From assembly GCF_009834535.1 (NCBI RefSeq), contig NC_045696.1, positions 57,414,001 through 57,478,000 on the forward strand: a stretch of DNA of 64,000 bases, given 5' to 3'. The DNA is from Camelus ferus. Taxonomy: Eukaryota. The notes below the pieces were generated by a model. It was not told the DNA's origin and searched no databases. It saw only the letters and a program-made list of their open reading frames with translations. The translations under genes and the position numbers were made by a program. Below, piece by piece: positions 23,102 through 35,760 of the stretch. Numbering within the stretch: position 1 is the stretch's first letter; each line of letters opens with the position of its first letter.

Positions 23102-26100
23102 TAACATGGTAGATAACAAAAATGCTTATGGAAAGTATAATCATAGAAGGGGGATACTGGGTTCAGGGAACTGCAATTTTAGAAAAACTGAGAGCAAGCC
23201 TGATGCTTCATTCTCTTATACTTCTTAAAACTTGGAATGTACAGAGCAGTCTTTCCAGGGCCTGACATGAGCCAAGGTTTGCAGAGCTTTTTCTGCAGGC
23301 TCTCTGAGAGATGCTAGCTGAGGTCAGTGAGCAAGGGAATGTTGCTGAATACCCACTGCAACTGTTTAGGACTGAGGCACCCAGCTGACTGCATCAACAG
23401 CTGAAACTGCTCCCTGATGATGTACATACCTCTCATGTAGCTGGTCTTTGGGTTATATTTAAGTATAGTCATTAAATAAAATCCTCATGAATCAGGATTC
23501 CCTAGGGGTGAAGGAGTCTAAATTATAAGATCTGGATATGTGTGTACTTGCCATCAGAGGTCTGGGTCTTTATCAGTTATGTTCCCCTACATCAGCAAAA
23601 ATCCCGGAAGGATCCAGAGTGCACCAAATACCCCATACCCAAAGCCTAAGAAAAGATTGTTCTTCTGAAATCCCTGGCCCTCACAAGTAGTGAGTCAGTA
23701 GTGAGGAGGGTATCTCCTCTCGAAGGGCAAAAATACTTGTCCACCCTTTTGTGCTCATTTCTTGACTAAGGCTTGCCTGCAGAATACAGTGTCAGTAAAT
23801 GTCTCCTCTACTTATGCTGAAGACAGAGGGACTGCTGCTCTGTGAATTATTTGGGCTTTGTTCTGTGCCCCAAGGAAGCAAGTGTGGTATGGGGTGGATT
23901 TCAGGCCAGTTGTCTTCATGTCGCAGTTGGTGATCATCTTTCATACCAATTGACTCCTAGAAACAGATGCCAGAGGAGGCTCTCTACAGGAATTGGGACT
24001 TTTGTTCTGACTTTCCTCCTGGGAATGTTGGCAATCCTGATTAGGCACTAGGCCCATGGAAAGACTGAGCTGGCTTTAGGAAAACTGAGACCAGGCCTGA
24101 TAAGTTCTGTTTCATCTTCTTGTCCCCCTTAAAACTTGGTATTTACAGCAGCCCTTGATGTGTATTTTCCAGCCCAGCTCCAGTTTTTGCTCTCCACAGT
24201 TCCCTATATATAGTTTATCTTTGAAGGTGGAAGAGATTGGGATTTGGGGGAACTCTTCTGTCTCTGGAGCTGTGGGTGTCTCCTTGCCTCCAGATGGATG
24301 AACTTTGGATGGGGAGCAGGGATGGGAGATTGTATCTTGAGAGGGCTGTAAGTGTGGGGTGAGTAGATGTCCTGGTTAGGACATCTCAGAGGAGATGTTA
24401 GGCTTCTCAGAGGAGGCATCAGAGATGCCTGAGGGATACAGAAACTTGTCAGTTTCTGCTCCTACCTTGATGTTAAGGCCCTGGTGCCTGTCTTAGCTCT
24501 TGCTGAGCATTCTCAAGCAGCAGCAGTTTACTCAAGGAAGAGCTGAGCTACGCAGGAACCCTGGCATATGGGAGAACAGGAGAGCTAAAGAGGCTAGGCA
24601 TCCCTGCCTGGCAGATGGCAAGAGTTGTCTCCCAGCCACGGTCTTGCTAGGAGCTGCTCCTCTGACAAGTGAATAAGAGACCCCTGTTAAAACTCTCACT
24701 GTGTCTTCAGGGGCTAGAGATGCTAACACTGTTTGACTGAAAGGCCTGGAATAGCCCAGGCTCCAGGCGAACTGAGGCCTTTTCTGACTTAAGAGTCTTA
24801 CCCAACAGACTCAGCAGGCTCTGTGTACTTCATGGAGCATGTGGAGCCAGGCAGAAAATCTTGGAAGCCCAGTAGGCAAAGGGTGGGGAATGGCTCAAAC
24901 AAGAGGCTTATTCTCTATAGGGGATGAAGCCAGGATATTTTGTAGAGGAAAAGCAATATTCATGCCACAAGAACTCAGGTACTATTTCTATGTGAATTAT
25001 TATTGAGCATTTACAACATATGAAAAAGTCATACAGGGAAAATGGTGACTTTCTCATCCCGAGCTACCAAGAGCCGAGGGCATGAGGAATCTGAAATCAA
25101 AGAGAAGAAAATTCTTAAGAGATATAACCATAAAGCTCTTATTCAGCATTCACTCTGTGCAAATACTAAGCACAGACTGTGTCAGGCACTAATGTGGTTT
25201 ATTTTTTATCTGAGATCTAAGAATAACTCTCAGGCCTCTAAGCAAGCTTTGGGAAGGGGACTTATATAGTCCATCAATTTGAAGAATGTTCTTATCATAC
25301 ATCTTAGGGGGTGTTGTTAGGCTCCTCTTTTGGAGAACTCCCAAGTACTATAAAAGCTCCTCAGGATACAAATATATTTAAAGACTTAATATACTAGCAC
25401 AGAGACCACTAGAACCCAAGTTACATATCAAACTGACATCTCTGATATGCTTCATAGGTACTTTCAAGGACTGTATCACTGAAGCCTACCTTCATCAGTA
25501 TTCCAAGCCAAGAACATCACCAGATTAACAAAGTCACCCCACCACTGCTGATATAAAAAATTTGATGACTTGCATGTAAAGCAGGTATTTTGAGAAAGTC
25601 TACAGACTTCCTAAATTTCTCTAAACTGTCCTAGGTGTGTCCTGCTCAATAAACTCTCCTTGATCTTTACTAGAGTCCTCTAACAGTTAGGAGATTTTCT
25701 GCATTTACTAGTTCATAGAGTTCTAATCATGCTGTTTAGGAAGGTTTATTCAACCTAAACTAAGTTATTAATAGATTTTGTCTAACCAGCAGTCAACGGC
25801 CTTTCTTCTGATCCTTAAAGAGAATGCAGCCCTAGCCTTTCTCTCTATTCCTTTCATCCTCTGCTTTCTGTGGGTCCACAGGACTTTTACTTACACAATC
25901 TCAAAGACTTGTAGGCTTGAGGAAGGGAGGGTTCCATCTGTTTGTGGAAATTTCTCGCAGTAAACTAGTGCATGGTAAGAGGTGAAACAAACATGCTGTT
26001 CTTTTGTGCTGTTTGGCTGACAGCATTTGGGGTGCTAGTTGGGAAGGAAGATGTCTTGAGGTGCAAATGGGGAGATAGGGTGGGAAGCATGGCTGAGGCA

Positions 26101-26184
26101 GGTAGGACTCTTTGGATCTAGGCTTCCCAGGGTAACTGGGCATGTGGAGGTGAAGTGTGGAGAGAGATCAGGGCCTTCTTCACT

Positions 26185-26680
26185 CTCATATTCATTCAGC
26201 AAATGTGTATTAGGCATCAACTTTATGTCGAGCACAGTTTAATATGATGAGGAGACAGCAGTAAATAAGGAATCTCTGCTCAGTAAGGAATTTCTATTCA
26301 AGTGTGGTAAGATGGAAGAGACCATATTTTTCAACTAAATTGTATGTTACATGCCTCATCCGCATCACTTGGGACAACAGTTGAGATGGAGAAATCTCAG
26401 GCCCCGCCCCACACCCATTGAATCAGAATCAGCATTTTAACAATACTGGAAGCACTGTTAGGTGAGTAAGTGCCATGGAAAAAATAAGTCAGGGAAGGGG
26501 ACTATGGGGTCCCAGGGGATAGGGTAGGAGGGGGCAGTCAAAAGAAAGTGATATTCCAATGAAAGCATGGGAAAGAAGAGTCTTACCATGGGGATAAATA
26601 GGGAAAGAGTTTTGTAGGCTTAGAGATGGAGAAATACAGAGGCTCTGAGGCTCGAGTGTGCCTGCTGTGAATTCATATTA
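26185..26680 (-). mobile_element. L2 3' relic containing a MER5-type hAT insert (~26340-26460)
   Basis: TTCATTCAGCAAATGTGTATTAGGCATCAACTTTATGTCGAGCAC is the L2 tail in reverse; TCTCAGGCCCCGCCCCACACCCATTGAATCAGAATCAGCATTTTAACAA is MER5A-like. Confidence 0.65.
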
Positions 26681-26699
26681 ATATATTAGAGCTGAAGTT

Positions 26700-27010
26700 T
26701 AATAAAATTGACTTTCACTGCTTCATCAAAAGCATTCTTAAGTGAAAGTCATCTTTTGTTTTCAGTACTGCAAATGTGTGGCTATGAAGAATACAGTGGT
26801 TCCTGCAATATTTGGGTCCCCCTGCCTTGATTTGTGCCAGCAGTTTTACCACCATTGCTTTTGTACTATCAGTGCAAATATCAACACAGTATAAAAGGCA
26901 AATGACATCTTAGAATTATTACAAAAATAGTTTTGACACTTGGGTAACTGAAAGGGTCTCAGGACCACCCCCTGCAGGGTTGCATGAACTACACATTGTA
27001 AATTATTGTT
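26700..27010 (+). mobile_element. hAT-Charlie fragment (MER119/Charlie2-like)
   Basis: TCTTAGAATTATTACAAAAATAGTTTTGACAC...CTGAAAGGGTCTCAGGACCACCCC terminus; judged from memory. Confidence 0.55.
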
Positions 27011-27728
27011 TTACATTACAGATTCCTTAAGGGAAAAGATTGACTTTAATTTTCTTTTTAAAAATTATGTTTCTTTATGTTCCCTAATTTGAAACTCATT
27101 TACCCAATTACAACAAGCAAATGTATAATGCTCCAAACATTTTTTAGTCTTACAGACATTATGTCAGTCACATAGGTATGTGTCAATTAACTCTTGCTCA
27201 CAGAACACAAGATCTTCAGTTCCTCCTCTATCTGGCTGACAAAGAAACTGTAGACCCTCTTTTAAAAAACAATTGAAGAATTAAGGAGAATGTTTAAAAT
27301 TTTATTAAGAAATAGAAAACATAATTTTTTGGAAGTATAACTTTTAAGCCCTTTAATTCATAAGAGTGCATTAGAGTGGCTATGCAATTGTAGTCCTGTT
27401 GCCATGAACACCCTTGATATTTTGGCAAAGAAGAAATAGGCTTTGGGAACGTCATGCTTCCCTCATTTCTTTGAGACACTTATAAACTCGAGTAAATACA
27501 TTCAGAAGTCAGAAATAGACTTTTTAAAACAAATTGGCCTAATATTTCCATATGGCTGCTTTTATTTTAAATGTAAATGGGATCTATGAGAATGATTTCT
27601 ATAAATGCTTTTGTTTTCCTGATATTTTAAATGTGTAAGTTTTCTGGCATGCTTTGAGACTTTACATATCCCCCTTACAAATATGAATTATTTTGCAACA
27701 GTCCTAAATAAATGATTGAGTCTATGAA

Positions 27729-27859
27729 GGCAGGAGGGTATAGCTCAAGTGGTAGAGCACATGCTTAGCATACATGAGGTCCTGGGTTCAATCCCCAGTA
27801 CCTCCTCTAAAAATAAATAAATAAACTTAATTACCTTCTCTCACTAAAAATAAAACAAA
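27729..27859 (+). mobile_element. tRNA-Ala-derived SINE (camelid Vic-1 type)
   Basis: A box TAGCTCAAGTGG, B box GGTTCAATCCC, CTTAGCAT anticodon-loop relic, (AAAT)n tail, TSD GAGTCTATG at 27718-27726 and 27860-27868. Confidence 0.9.
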
Positions 27860-27979
27860 GAGTCTATGGGAAAACCACAGCCATGAATCCATGGTATGTA
27901 CACTGAATCATCCAAATGGTAGGGTTTCCATTCAGATGGAAATCAGTCAGACGCCTGTCATCACTCAGATTCCTCATTG

Positions 27980-28420
27980 AGATATTTATTTCTTCATACA
28001 GCTCTGAGTTACTGTCTAATGTCCTTACATTTCACCCTCCAGCACTCCCCTTGAGCATTTCTTGCAGGGCAGGTCTAGTGATAACCAACTCCCTCAGCTT
28101 TCGTTTATCTGTGAATGTCTTAATTTCTCTCAGACTCTTGAAAGATAGTTTTGTCAGATACAGGATTCTCAGTTGACAGGTTTTTTCTTTTAGCATTTTG
28201 AATATACTGGCCTTCTGGCCTCCAAAGTTTCTGGTAACAAACCTGCTGGTGTCTTATTGAGGATCCTGTGTGTGTGACAAGTTACTTCTCTTTTGTGGCT
28301 TTTGAGATTATCTTTGGCTTTCAAAAGTTTGATTATAATGTGTCTCAGTGTGGGTCTATCTCAGTTTATTTTACTTGGAGTTGAGGTTCTTGGGTGTTTA
28401 TATTCATGTTTTTCACCAAA
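27980..28420 (-). mobile_element. Old L1M fragment (ORF1 end region)
   Basis: CCCTTGAGCATTTCTTGCAGGGCAGGTCTAGTGATAACCAACTCCCTCAGCTTTCGTTTATCTG is the reverse of a standard L1 ORF1-end motif. Confidence 0.85.
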
Positions 28421-29350
28421 AAACAATCTGAAGCTGTCAACAGTTATTGCTGGAGAGTGATGGGTAGAGTCTACTTTATAATTAACAACGAATTAATAAA
28501 AGTAGAGTGTTCTTTCCAAATTTTTTATATAAGAACTTGGAATCTCTGTCTATAACACTGGTGGATGTTTAACTATGACATATGAGGACAAATCAAGGCT
28601 TAAGAAGTCAGTGGACCAAATTGAAAATACAGCTATTTTAGAGGATATAAAAAAGAATACTGGGTTGTATAACCAGATTTTAACATTACAAATCTGACAA
28701 GACATCTTTTTTTGCCATATTGTGAATTAACACTAAAGTATCACATAATTTTTCAGCCATTGAATTTCTAACTCTGACTAGCTTTTCCTGATCAAACTCT
28801 TGGTGGTTCCTTTCCCCCAGTTTAACTTATTCTTCCACCACCAAACTCCTACTCACATTCTTAGGCCCAGCCCCTAATTTTCCAAACACTTTACTTATAG
28901 GCAGTTAATCATGGCCCCTCTCTGCTCTCTCTGATTATACAGTTACCAAGCTATGTCATTTTCACTCGCTCATATGTCTCTCCATCTCCAGACAAAGAGC
29001 TTCTTGAGAGACTTTTGTTACTTTCTTTGAATCCCCAACAGCTGGCACAGTCACTGGGACATGACAAGTGCTCCAACACATTTGAGGAAGTATACTGAAA
29101 TTAAAAAAAACTCGAAAGTCTATACAGAACAGCCAGTAAAAATTTAAACAGTATTCATGAGAAAAGAAAAAGAAGACCAAGCAAGCACTGCTTGGCCTGA
29201 AGAAGAGACATTAATGAGGCATTTGTTAGTCTTTAGTTTATAGTGAATTGTAAATAAAAAGATGCTAACCCTGAATGAGTTTTTACCTATGTAAAGTTCA
29301 CTTAACTGTACACAATTAGTGCACTTTATGTATGCTATCCTTTAAAAGAT

Positions 29351-29396
29351 GAGAGAGAGAAAAGAGAGAAAGAAGGGAAGGAGGAAAGAAGGAAAG

Positions 29397-29475
<79 letters not shown>

Positions 29476-29488
29476 CAGCCAGCCAGCC
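29351..29488 (+). repeat. Compound microsatellite: GA-rich, then (GAAA)12 (GCAA)7 (GCCA)3
   Basis: Read directly: 29398-29445, 29446-29473, 29474-29485. Confidence 0.95.
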
Positions 29489-30349
29489 TAGCCAACTAAG
29501 GAGGTGAATCAGAATACTCAGACATTGAGACATAATGATAAAAGACTAGTCGTAAGCATTGAATCTATTGTAATATAGAGATTGAACAATGTGGAGGTTA
29601 AAGTAATAGAACAGAACATAAATGTCTTTAGAATTTAAAGGTAAATAAAACTAAAGGGAAAAGAAACCATTTAAGTGTGCTAATCTTCTATAGCAGAGAG
29701 TCAATAGATACTGTCTAAAGCTGAAACATGCCATTAAACAAAGATTCCAGCAGGAGGGAAATTGCCGTACAGTTGTTTCCTCATCTACCCAAAGGATTAA
29801 ACCAGAGAATGCCTTTGAATGCTATTGAGTTAAGTTAGATATTAAGAACTACCTTCCTAAAATAAAAATTGAGGACTATCCTTTCTGTAAAATTAAGAAA
29901 GGCAATAATCTCCACATTAGATATTTTAAAGTTTAGATGACTGTTGTCTGTCTGCAGTTTTAAAATGAGACCAGAGAAACTCTAAGGTCATTATAAGCTA
30001 TTATAGGTTCTTGGTTTATGTCAGAAAAGATAAAAGGAGTAATGGAAGCCCAGACCCTCTCAGCTCCTCTGCAGCCCACCATCTAGCCGTTTACCCAACT
30101 CTGAGAGCAAATCAAATGGAAGAGAGATGAACCATTCAGCCAGGATAGCCCCAGTGCTCAAGCAAGTGGGCACAGGTGAGGGCAGGACAATGAGCCCAAA
30201 CCCATCTCCAGACCCTCAGGGTTAAGATCCAGAGAGGAAGATTTACAGAAAGACTTTGGGAAAGGGGGTAGTAGCCTTTATAGACACTAGCCCTACTGGT
30301 TGAGGAAGAAGATACAAGGATCTGAACATAAATTTCTGGGCCTAATTCC

Positions 30350-30373
30350 TTTTTTTTTTTTTTTTTTTTTTTT
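30350..30373 (+). repeat. Poly(T)24 tract
   Basis: Read directly. Confidence 0.9.
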
Positions 30374-31763
30374 GTCCGGCAGCAATGAGGACATTGAACA
30401 TGATAAAGCAAGACAAAGAAAATGATGACACATTCATCTTACACACACACATGTAACCTCAAGCATAGATGCCCTAAGTATCCCACACCCTTCACCTGCA
30501 CACTCAAGAGCCTCCCCTCACTTACCTACCACCTGCCTTTCATTCACTTCCTCCCTGTTTCTGGTTCTGTTACTCCAGCGTTTCTGCTCAGACATGAGCA
30601 GAACTCCTCCATCTGTCTCTTGACATCAACAGGCAGTCTGTAGCTTTGCTGTCAACATGGAAACTTTGGGACATTGGGCAGTAGAAGGGTGGGGCAAGCT
30701 TTGATTGACTAGTGACTGTCAAAGCTTGAGGCAGAAAATCCAGCTGGTAAAAGAATTAGGAGGCAGAGAAGGCACAAAACAGGAAAAGAAAGGGAAACTT
30801 TCTGGACATATTGTTTTGGCTGGAGAATGTGTCAGAAAGAGAGGCGAAACCTGAGCTTGTTGGTGTCACTGCCCTTCCCCTTAAGATGCTGAGCCCTAGG
30901 CTGTCTCTGAGCACTTCATTGTGTCTTTCCATTCAAACATTAATGTGATTGGAGTGCCTGGAACAAAGTCACAATGTTCCAGTGTCCCAGTTTCCCCATG
31001 GAGGATATACAAAATGATGAGTTATCATAGGCTTCAAGTTCTTTATTTTTCAGCTGCTGTTACTTTATGCTTATAGGGGTCTGGAAAGCTTGAAGTTTTT
31101 CTGTGTTTCTGCTCTACCTCCACTTTTAGCCATCCCTGTATGCCTTTGCCACAGTGTGTGTGTGTGTGGGGGGGGGTCGCCACTCACCTTCCCCAACCCC
31201 AGTGGTAAACTGCTATTGCTTATTACTTGGTGCTAGGCTAGTTGCTGGGTCTTGGGTGGTCTGTTTTCCTGATCCAGCCTAAATTTTAGGCCAGGTTTCT
31301 TCTTCCTGGGGTTGGAAGTAGGGCTTTTTCAAGGTTCCTACCCTTCTACCGTATGGCACCCAAACTGCCTCATATTTGTGGTTGGTCTTTAGCAGGAACA
31401 TTGTCTTTCATTAGCAGCATTAGCAGACATCTGCTCTGTATTGGTGTAGGATTTCTGGGCCCAAGATCATTTCCTACTCCCTTTCCCATGAGAGAAGGTT
31501 CTTATTTCTATCCTTCCCTCAGCAACACCAAAAAAAATCTCTACTTCTGTCTGGGACTAGAATGTTTCCTATCCCCTTGCCCCCTGCCCCTGCCACACAC
31601 TCACAGAAACAGACAGGTTTTGTTTCTATTCCTTCCTTACATGCAATGGAAGGTGTGAGCCTTGGAGGTAAGAGGGCTTGTTGCCCCTGCTCTAGTGGCT
31701 TAAAGCTTTTAAGAGAAGGGTTTGGGAAAGTGGGGGAGGCTTTCATAACAATAATTGAAAATA

Positions 31764-31769
31764 TTTATT
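31764..31769 (-). terminator. Likely IQCB1 polyadenylation signal (AATAAA), giving a 3' UTR of about 340 nt
   Basis: First minus-strand AATAAA I found downstream of the stop at 32089. Confidence 0.7.
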
Positions 31770-32088
31770 TAGAAAACACTGTTAGTTGGAAAATAGCAGA
31801 AACAAAAAAAGAAATCACATTTCATATAAGCAACAGAATACTATGCTGAGTTTAGTTTCACAATAAAAGCCACACCAATTTGTATGTGTGCCCAAGAATG
31901 GGAGTGTGGACAAAGAAAAAGAGAACTGAGATAGAGGTAGAAGATAACTCTTTTGCTTACTCCCTCCAGTCTTGTTTGGAGAGGAACTTCTGGAAAACCG
32001 TAAGTTAGGATAGTGCTAGTCTACTAGTATGTCAGAGGCAGGACCAATCTAATCTCTTGAAATACAGATGTGTATCATTCCACCTCCC

Positions 32089-32318
32089 TTAAGGGGGTTT
32101 GGTTCCACCAATGAATAAAGTTCCTAATTCTACACTAAGTTCATCCTTTGGGACATCCATCTCATCTCCTGCTTCTTCCCCAAGCTTCTTCCACCAGGGT
32201 GCTTGTATATGCTTCAGGGTGGTGAGGTGGGCCTGCTTGGCTTTGGCTGCCACAGGCCTGGATCTGCTTAAGAAGAGCTCAGGTTCTTTCCCTTCTGCCT
32301 CCTTCAGACTTGGTGCTT
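32089..32318 (-). CDS. IQCB1: IQCB1/NPHP5 last exon (15), 230 nt coding: (K)APSLKEAEGKEPELFLSRSRPVAAKAKQAHLTTLKHIQAPWWKKLGEE...LFIGGTKPP*
   Basis: tttactgcag acceptor and TAA at 32091-32089. The C-terminus matches NPHP5. Confidence 0.97.
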
Positions 32319-33163
32319 CTGCAGTAAACAGAAAATAAACAGAGGAGTAGAAGAGTTCTGTAGCAAACAAACAGGGATTTGCAAACTACAGAGTTGGGAC
32401 TTTGCACTAGCAGGCAGGAACAAGGTTCCAATTCTAAATCTATTATATTGCTAGCTGTAGATGGCATGTGACTATTCACAGGTTGTAGGCCCCCATTCTG
32501 TGTTTAAAAGGAAAGAATAAAAAAAGGGGTATTTTTTTAGGTTTTGTTTTTCTTTTTTTAAGAACAAGAATTTTAAAAATAATAGCAGAACCATCTCTTA
32601 TAGATGACAGGCTCAGTTACAGCCACCTATCCATTCAAAAATACAAAATTTGCAAGTAATGGCACTAAACAGAGGATCCTGCCCATTTTGCTCCACAAAT
32701 ACTAAAAGTGTTTCAGAGGCTGACCGAAACACTGGCTTCATGGATGAGATCTCTCATTGAATGTACTAGTGGTTGTGAGAAGCAGATGAATTAATTTTTG
32801 TGAAAATACTTCATTAAAAATATAAAATGGCAGTGTAACGACTGTCATCATCTACTTCTAAAATGTGATCAAAAGCTTTTCAGACTATATAGTAGAATCT
32901 TGTTAGTAGGGTTCAGCATCTTTAAAATCAGTAACTTTGAGTTTGATACATATGAAAGACAGCAAGGCTGAGGGAAGAAGTCAAGAAGGTTCTGCAGCAT
33001 TTAAAAGCACTGTGTACTGATATGATCTAGAAGTAGAAATTTCTGAGGGTAAGAGATGGCTAATAGACCACGAAATGGTGTTTTCCTTCTGAAGATTTTG
33101 GATGTCACAAAATCTTGAATAGGCTGTTCTTTTACGGAAGAAAAAAATGGAAAGAGCACATAC

Positions 33164-33320
33164 TCATCAACTGTTCAATGTTGGTGCTGATCTGAGCCAT
33201 CAGTGCCTCCCTGTGCTGTTGGGCTCTCTCTTGCAGAGCCCGACCCATGAAGTAGTGTTGCAGTTGTTCTTGTGCCTGGGAATGGAGCTCCCTGCTGGTC
33301 ACATCTGATACCTCAGAGCT
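33164..33320 (-). CDS. IQCB1: IQCB1 exon 14, 157 nt: SSEVSDVTSRELHSQAQEQLQHYFMGRALQERAQQHREALMAQISTNIEQLM
   Basis: ttcccag acceptor and ATGA|gtatgt donor (phase 1). Confidence 0.96.
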
Positions 33321-34039
33321 CTGGGAACAGAGGACAGAAAAAATTGTCACATGAAGGACACACATGTCAAAGTACGTTTCACCCCACCACTTAGTAGAGG
33401 TTCCAGAATGTTTAGCTGTCTCTCATCAATGGAATATTATGGTTGATGTCAATCTTGTACTCTTGAACAAGCATTATTATAGCCTCTTAAAAGCAGCTTT
33501 AAATGAAAATGCAGGTGGGCAACTTTCTTTCTGATATGCTCTCATGCCTCATTTCCTCACACCATATGGTATTCTGGGAGAAGGGATAAGAATGAGAAGT
33601 CACAGAGAAAATTACAAACGGCATGGTAAAGACACTAGCTTGGAAAAGGAGTAACAAGACCAGCCCTTTTGTTCTGGACCCCACCTGATAGACTATCTCA
33701 CTTCTTATCCTATCCCCACTTATCCAAGCCATAATTTCACAGAACAAGAGATAGAATCATTCAATGGACCATATTCTTTTCGTAGTCAGCTACTTTAAAG
33801 GGAACTTAACTAATTAGTTTGGACAAGGAAGAAATAAAGCTGAAGTAAAGCTTTGAAGCTGATAAAGCTTCTGACACCACAGGTTTCTCAAATATTCCAG
33901 TTCCTGGATCTTTGATGCAGTCCTGTTCCAGCTAACACCTTACTTTTCAGCCACAGAATTTTAAGCAGCTGTACTAGAGTATGGCTAAAGCAGCTCTTCT
34001 TTTAAATAGGAGTATGCATCAGAATCACACACAATACAT

Positions 34040-34560
34040 CAGAAAAACCAGAGATCAAAGACCAAAGCCTAAGAGCTAAAACTACAAAACTCTTATTACA
34101 AAAGATACAGGAAGAGTTTAATGACAGATTTGGCAATGATTTCTAGAATATGACACTGAAGGAACTGGCAACAAAAGAAAAATTAGACAAATTGGACTTA
34201 CCAAAATTAAAAACTTTTGTGCATCTAAGGATACTATCAATAGAGTAAAAAGGTAGTATACAGAATGGAAGAAAATATTTGCAAATCATGTATCTGATAT
34301 GGGACTAATATCCAGAACATACAGATAACTTCTAAAACTCAACAACACAAAAGCAAATAACCTGATTAAAAAATGGGCAAAGGACTTGAAACATTCTGCC
34401 AAAAAAAAAGATTATATATATATACACACACACAAATAGCGAATAAACACATGAAAAGAGGCTCAAAGTCACTAATTATTAGAGAATGCAAATCCAAATC
34501 ACAATAGCACTTCACATTCATTACGATGTGAAAATAATAAATGTTGGTAAGGATGTGTAG
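34040..34560 (+). mobile_element. L1 ORF2 3' fragment
   Basis: AAATTAAAAACTTTTGTGCATCTAAGGATACTATCAATAGAGT...GAATGGAAGAAAATATTTGCAAATCAT, homologous to 10490-10990. Confidence 0.85.
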
Positions 34561-34801
34561 ACAGTCTTGCTCATGCAGCGTGGAAAATGACTGACTTGAA
34601 GAGAAGTCTCCTTTACTATGCTTCTATGGTCCATGTAATAATTATAAGAAGACGCCAAAGCCATTAACTCTATGGTAAAGCAAGTGCACTACCTTGTATC
34701 AACAATAAAGGTACATAATACAGCTGAGACACTTCTTTGTTGGTGAATATCACGCACCACAATAATGTAACACCAATACCATGGCACAGAAGCCTACATA
34801 C

Positions 34802-34933
34802 TGGATGTCTTCTGACATAGTCATCCACTTGCTGCTTCAGTTCAACTCTGCGTGCATCAGTGAGTTCTCTGAATCCTTGCCAAGGAGCAAATAGTTTTTT
34901 TTTCTTATGGCACTTTGCTAGGAACTTAAGAGT
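34802..34933 (-). CDS. IQCB1: IQCB1 exon 13, 132 nt: TLKFLAKCHKKKKLFAPWQGFRELTDARRVELKQQVDDYVRRHP
   Basis: ttcttcag acceptor and CCA|gtatgt donor, phase 0-0. Confidence 0.96.
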
Positions 34934-35532
34934 CTGAAGAAAGAAAAAAGATCTGTGATTTTCTTCCCTAATAGAACTATTTTCTTCCTACAATAACATA
35001 TGGTAGTGACAACACTACAATAGTTGTTAACTCTTAGTGTATATAGGGAGAAGGATGGGGTTGTGACAGGGGTGACAGAGGACAGTGACCTTCTAATTAT
35101 ATTCTTCTGTAGTGTTTTAATATTTTTACAAGGATATATTCATGTATTATTTGTACAGTAAGCCATAAAGAGAAAAAAGTAGAAAATCAGCTTTGGGTTC
35201 TAGTCTTTAACTCTAGTCCCTTATAAACGGTATGATTTTGGGCAAGTCACTTGATCTCTATAGGACAGGTTCTATGTCCACAGAAAACAAGAACTCCAAT
35301 TCTACTTAGCCAAAGGACTGTAAAGATCAGAGAGACAATATATAAGACAAAGTTTGGTAAATGAATACTCTTTCTCATGCCCTTCAGAATAAACTCCTGG
35401 TGAAAGAAGAAATCTTGTAACAGGCAAGATTTGGAGACAAATTTGAAGTTATTCTGTCCAATTTTTTTTTCACTCTCTCCTTTCTTTGTAGTTTTTATTT
35501 TCATTAAAGTTACATGTTCACATTGTCTCAGG

Positions 35533-35760
35533 CAAGGATTGGCAAGTTATGGCCCACAGGTCAGATCCAGCCTGCTGCCTGTTTTTGAATGACCTAAGAA
35601 TAGTTTCTTATATTTTATATGGTTACAAAGCTTAAAAGGAAAAAAATTATTTCATGACATGAGAAAATTATATAAAATTCAAAATTCAGTGTTTACAAAT
35701 AATGTTTATTGAAACACAGTGTATCTCATTTGTTTACATTCTGTCCACAGCTTCAATTGT
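35533..35760 (+). mobile_element. MER58-type hAT-Charlie MITE (partial)
   Basis: CAAGGATTGGCAAGTTATGGCCCACAGGTCAGATCCAGCCTGCTGCCTGTTTTTG start. Confidence 0.75.

Noticed and set aside
23100..25700. Repeat-poor intergenic stretch checked for a hidden gene or pseudogene
   Set aside because: The frames I translated by hand gave short, stop-interrupted peptides with no recognisable homology or consistent exon chain. A tBLASTx or conservation scan would be needed to exclude it fully.
27729..27808. tRNA-Ala(AGC)-like sequences here and at 55001-55076
   Set aside because: A-rich tails, TSDs and a disrupted acceptor stem mark them as SINEs, not tRNA genes.
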